Source: Octopus sinensis (Eukaryota). Taken from it: 64,000 nucleotides of DNA. The notes beneath the pieces are model-generated. The model was given only the letters and a program-made list of their open reading frames with translations, was not told the DNA's origin and did not search any database. Positions within the stretch are counted from its first letter, which is position 1; each line of letters starts with the position of its first letter. Below, one piece after another: positions 60,800 to 64,000 of the stretch. The translations under genes and the position numbers were made by a program. The stretch spans positions 17,235 to 81,234 of the forward strand of contig NW_021833114.1 of assembly GCF_006345805.1 (NCBI RefSeq). Direction: 5' to 3'.

Positions 60800-61430
60800 T
60801 AAACGGAAGTGAATTTTCAAAATTTATGGATTAATCTTTAAAATTGTATGACTAAATTCAGACGTAATTTACAATCTATATATTTCAAAAATTAGAAATA
60901 ATATGCTGCTTTAAGAAATCATTTGACCCAAATCAGAGTTGAAAAGTCAATTATGACTAAAACCAAAGTCTAATTCAATAAACCTGATATTTTTGTGTAT
61001 GACAAGAGTAAAAAAGAAATAAATTTAATCGAAATGGACATTACCTTATAAGATCGTTTAAAGCAAGTCAAAATGGAGAAATTTTAGAATCACGACCTCA
61101 TTGCAAACGAATTGTCGATGAAACAAAAGTTAAGATTATTTAATTGTCTTGACATGGGATGGAGTTGTCTCAAAGTTCTTTATAGATAATTAATCGATTG
61201 AAAAGAAACTGGAGCATAAATCCAGTCGGTTGTGCTGAAGAGGACGCTGGAGAGTATGCTCATTTAATACAGATACGGAGTGAAGGTTGATTACAAAAAG
61301 TACGCCTTTGCCGCCAATCAACTTGCGGAGCTTGCATGTCGCGAGGACAGTCAACTGAACAAAAACCTTGACGCAGAAATGGAAAATGAAAAGAAATTTG
61401 TGGCAAACTCTTCTTCCAAGTAAAGAAGAG
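60800..61430 (+). mobile_element. R4/Dong-like LINE C-terminal fragment (REL endonuclease)
   Basis: NKPDIFVYDK...IEMDIT..DRLKQVKMEK..HDLIANEL...LTWDGVVSK...IQSVVLKRTLESM, with stops and frameshifts. Confidence 0.75.
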
Positions 61431-61659
61431 AAATCACTGACGATCTTGATTCTTAATTATCTAATTTTAATTAAATCAGAATAAAATTTTTCTGACTTTT
61501 ATCAATCCTAATCGATACATAAAATCAACATTTTTTCAGATTTTGTATTCCAGCCAAGGATGTTCAACAAAAAGGATTTATTTTTGAGGTAGCTAAGAAA
61601 AGAAAAAACATGAGCAATTCTTTAAAGAATACGGTGTTAAAATAATATATCAGTAATTA

Positions 61660-62111
61660 TTAATCCAACACGTCCAATTTGTCAATCAAATACTGCACTA
61701 TGTCACTAACTCGCTCAATCCTCTCAGCGTCAACATCGGGAATTTCCACCTCTGATATTACTTATCAAACATTACGGAATTCTTCCTCCATTTGAATCAT
61801 CACTTCCACCTGGTCTAAACTGTCTAATCCTAAATCAGTTGAGATGTGGCAGTCTAGTCCCAACTGAACAAATAATTTCTACTTTATACCTTTTCTGGAT
61901 TTATTTTGTCGAACATGTAAAGAACAAATAGAACACGATCTTCTATCAGTTTCCTACTTAGTGGTTGTGCAAAGGCCAATGTTCGAATTTGAGTTTGTTC
62001 AACTATTCTCTTCAAAGACTTGTGGTTGTGAAATTTTGGTTTGAAATGTAAATTTCTGCCAATTTTGGAAAACATAAATAAAGTTTCCACAACAAACTTC
62101 GTTCGATACAT
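61660..62111 (-). CDS. NDUFAB1: Mitochondrial acyl carrier protein (133 aa, 2 introns)
   Basis: Targeting-peptide-like N-terminus; DLGLDSLDQVEVMIQMEEEF|QVEIPDVDAE; introns of 26 and 24 nt. Confidence 0.92.
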
Positions 62112-62184
62112 TTAATTTTTTTATTAACAAAATGACCAAAAGTGTTAAATAGTTAGAAAAAAAACAAAGGCTAGTAAATAGCCG

Positions 62185-63110
62185 CTAGTTGATGAAGCCT
62201 CCTGCCTGGATCGAAAACGAGTTCCCTCGGAGTATGGCTATTCCAATACTTTGTCTTAGCTATAACCCTTTTCGCTGATCCCTCTTTTTTACGGCAAGCA
62301 TTCCTCCGAGTTTTGGCAGTTTTTGGGTCAACGGTTTCCGATGACTTGGCAGCCAGGAATATTTTTTGATTTTCCGATTTTTCGCGATTGAAGCAGCTGC
62401 TCCAGGAGTCTGAACCAATTTAAGGAGGTACGTGCTTGAATGTCAATAAAAGCTGCCTCCCAAACCAAAGATCTTTTGGGTGTGAAAGGGAAGAGTCATG
62501 TCTCTTTAAATCTCCTCGATCGAGACTCACTAATTCAAGCTGTGGTGGGAAGCCTATAGTTTTTAGCTATGAAGATCACATCGTCCAGAGCAGCATGACG
62601 TAGTCTTCTTCCGGCGCTTCTTCTGCAGGATAGCGGGTGCAATCCCTTCGTATTGACTGTTTTTCTGCATCGGCATTGGTGCTCCTGGCAAACGTCTAGT
62701 CCTAGCCTTTGTCCGATTCCAATCCTCAAAGAATCGTTCTCCAAAAAAGCCCCGAGGTTCAGGTCAGGTATTACACCAAATCATGTCTTACTCACTCCAC
62801 TTGTAGCTGACACCAAACAAGCAAGACGATGTTGATCTCCTTCTTTAAGGTCTTATAAAATTTTAGAGGAAACAATGTTATCCCAATTACTTTGTTTCGT
62901 TGTGTTTTTGAGGATTTTGAGTCTGGAACTGTTCAATTTCCGACAAGCTTGGTCAAATGACTCACTCCAGCAAAGTCCCATAGTGTGCTGAAGGGTTTGT
63001 CGTGTCAAATGGCTGCAACTTGAGAGAGACGATAGATACGGCGGATACGTGACCTCCAGCGGCGCTCTTAGACCGACCCCCTAAAATCCAGAGGGAAGCT
63101 TACATTGGTT
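62185..63110 (-). mobile_element. Degenerate CRE-clade LINE
   Basis: LRIGIGQRLGLDVCQEHQCRC...HPLSCRRSAGR..RHAALDD...IGIAILRGNSFSI. Confidence 0.8.
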
Positions 63111-63256
63111 CTAACAAAGTTCTTTAAAGCGGACTTTGAGTAGTGACTCAACCGTTTGTTTGAAAGATTCTAAGGTAGACTGTCGTATTATTCGAAGCAG
63201 GATGAAAATCAAAGTTGATATAAAAGCTCGGTTAGTCCGATGTTGTTTCTCATCAC

Positions 63257-64000
63257 TAGGGCAACCAAAAAATTGCACTTTTATAAAAAAAATTGCAAAA
63301 ATGAATTTTAAAAATTGTAAAAAATTGCAAAAATATTTTTTTTAATTGTAAACATTACATTATGCAAAAAATTAACGAAATTATTTATTGTAATAGGAAA
63401 TCAAATATTCCTGAACATTTCAGTTTAAAGTAAAGTTCCTCTCTTTACTAAGAATTTTCGTCAAAAGAGATTTGCCCTTTCGATAGATGCTGAACTTGCG
63501 CTACATTTTCTGAGATGTGAATAAACTTCTGGCGATAGATTCTTATTTGAGAATTCAAGAATACTTAGTATTCCTGATTTCTCAAGCTTTTTGATATATA
63601 GGATTTATGTCGCATGGATCTGATGTAAAGTCTAGGGTGTTTAGATCACCATAAGCTGTTGCAATGGAGTAATCAAGCAATTCAGTATTTGAAATCATTT
63701 CAATTAATCCCAAATAATTTGAACTGATTTGGGTTAAGCTTGAAACAACGTAGGATTATTCACTGATTTTTTGCCTAAAATAATTAAAAACTAAAACACA
63801 TTTTGTATTAAACTCCATCTCCTTCAAATTCAGATACGATTTTTAATATTCTGGAAGATTCTGGGGAGTAATTTTTGCTGCTTTTAGCCAGCTTCCCCAT
63901 CTTGTAACCACACACTTCGGGTGGATTTCCGATTCGTGAAAACATCTCCAAACGTCACTTGTTTTTGACTGTGCAGCCTTTATAGACGAAATCAATTCAT
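63257..64000 (-). mobile_element. 3' part of a degenerate hAT transposon (CGGBP1-like transposase), runs off the window
   Basis: Terminus tagggcaaccaaaaattgcac at 63257; minus strand VVTRWGSWLKAA...FEGDG...CSASSASIER...KILSKERNF. Confidence 0.7.

Overview
AT-rich eukaryotic nuclear DNA, almost certainly from an animal with motile cilia; standard genetic code. Host genes can only be assembled by removing many very short (23-35 nt, mostly 24-28 nt) GT-AG introns, which is why the six-frame ORF track shows them as fragments. Animal gene content plus such introns most resembles a dicyemid mesozoan (inference). Genes assembled by hand: a coiled-coil protein, an F-BAR-like/SH3 protein, RSPH3, a PPP1R14/CPI-17-like inhibitor, a KLF zinc-finger factor, Pellino, a CSPP1-like protein, CFAP57, NUTF2, EXOSC9, COX7C and NDUFAB1. 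Between them lies a dense, nested transposon landscape: a complete non-autonomous Helitron with internal satellites, Ginger/TDD-type integrase elements and a MITE (TGT..ACA ends, 5-bp TSD), pogo/Tigger elements, hAT elements (one intact, with an 8-bp TSD), CRE, RTE, I-group and R4/Dong-like LINE fragments, and a SINE sharing its 3' end with the I-group LINE. The most notable observation is that transposase/integrase genes of three different DNA transposon superfamilies (Ginger, Tigger, hAT) appear to carry host-sized 25-31 nt spliceosomal introns. No rRNA, tRNA or CRISPR was found. All calls come from manual reading; no database searches were run.
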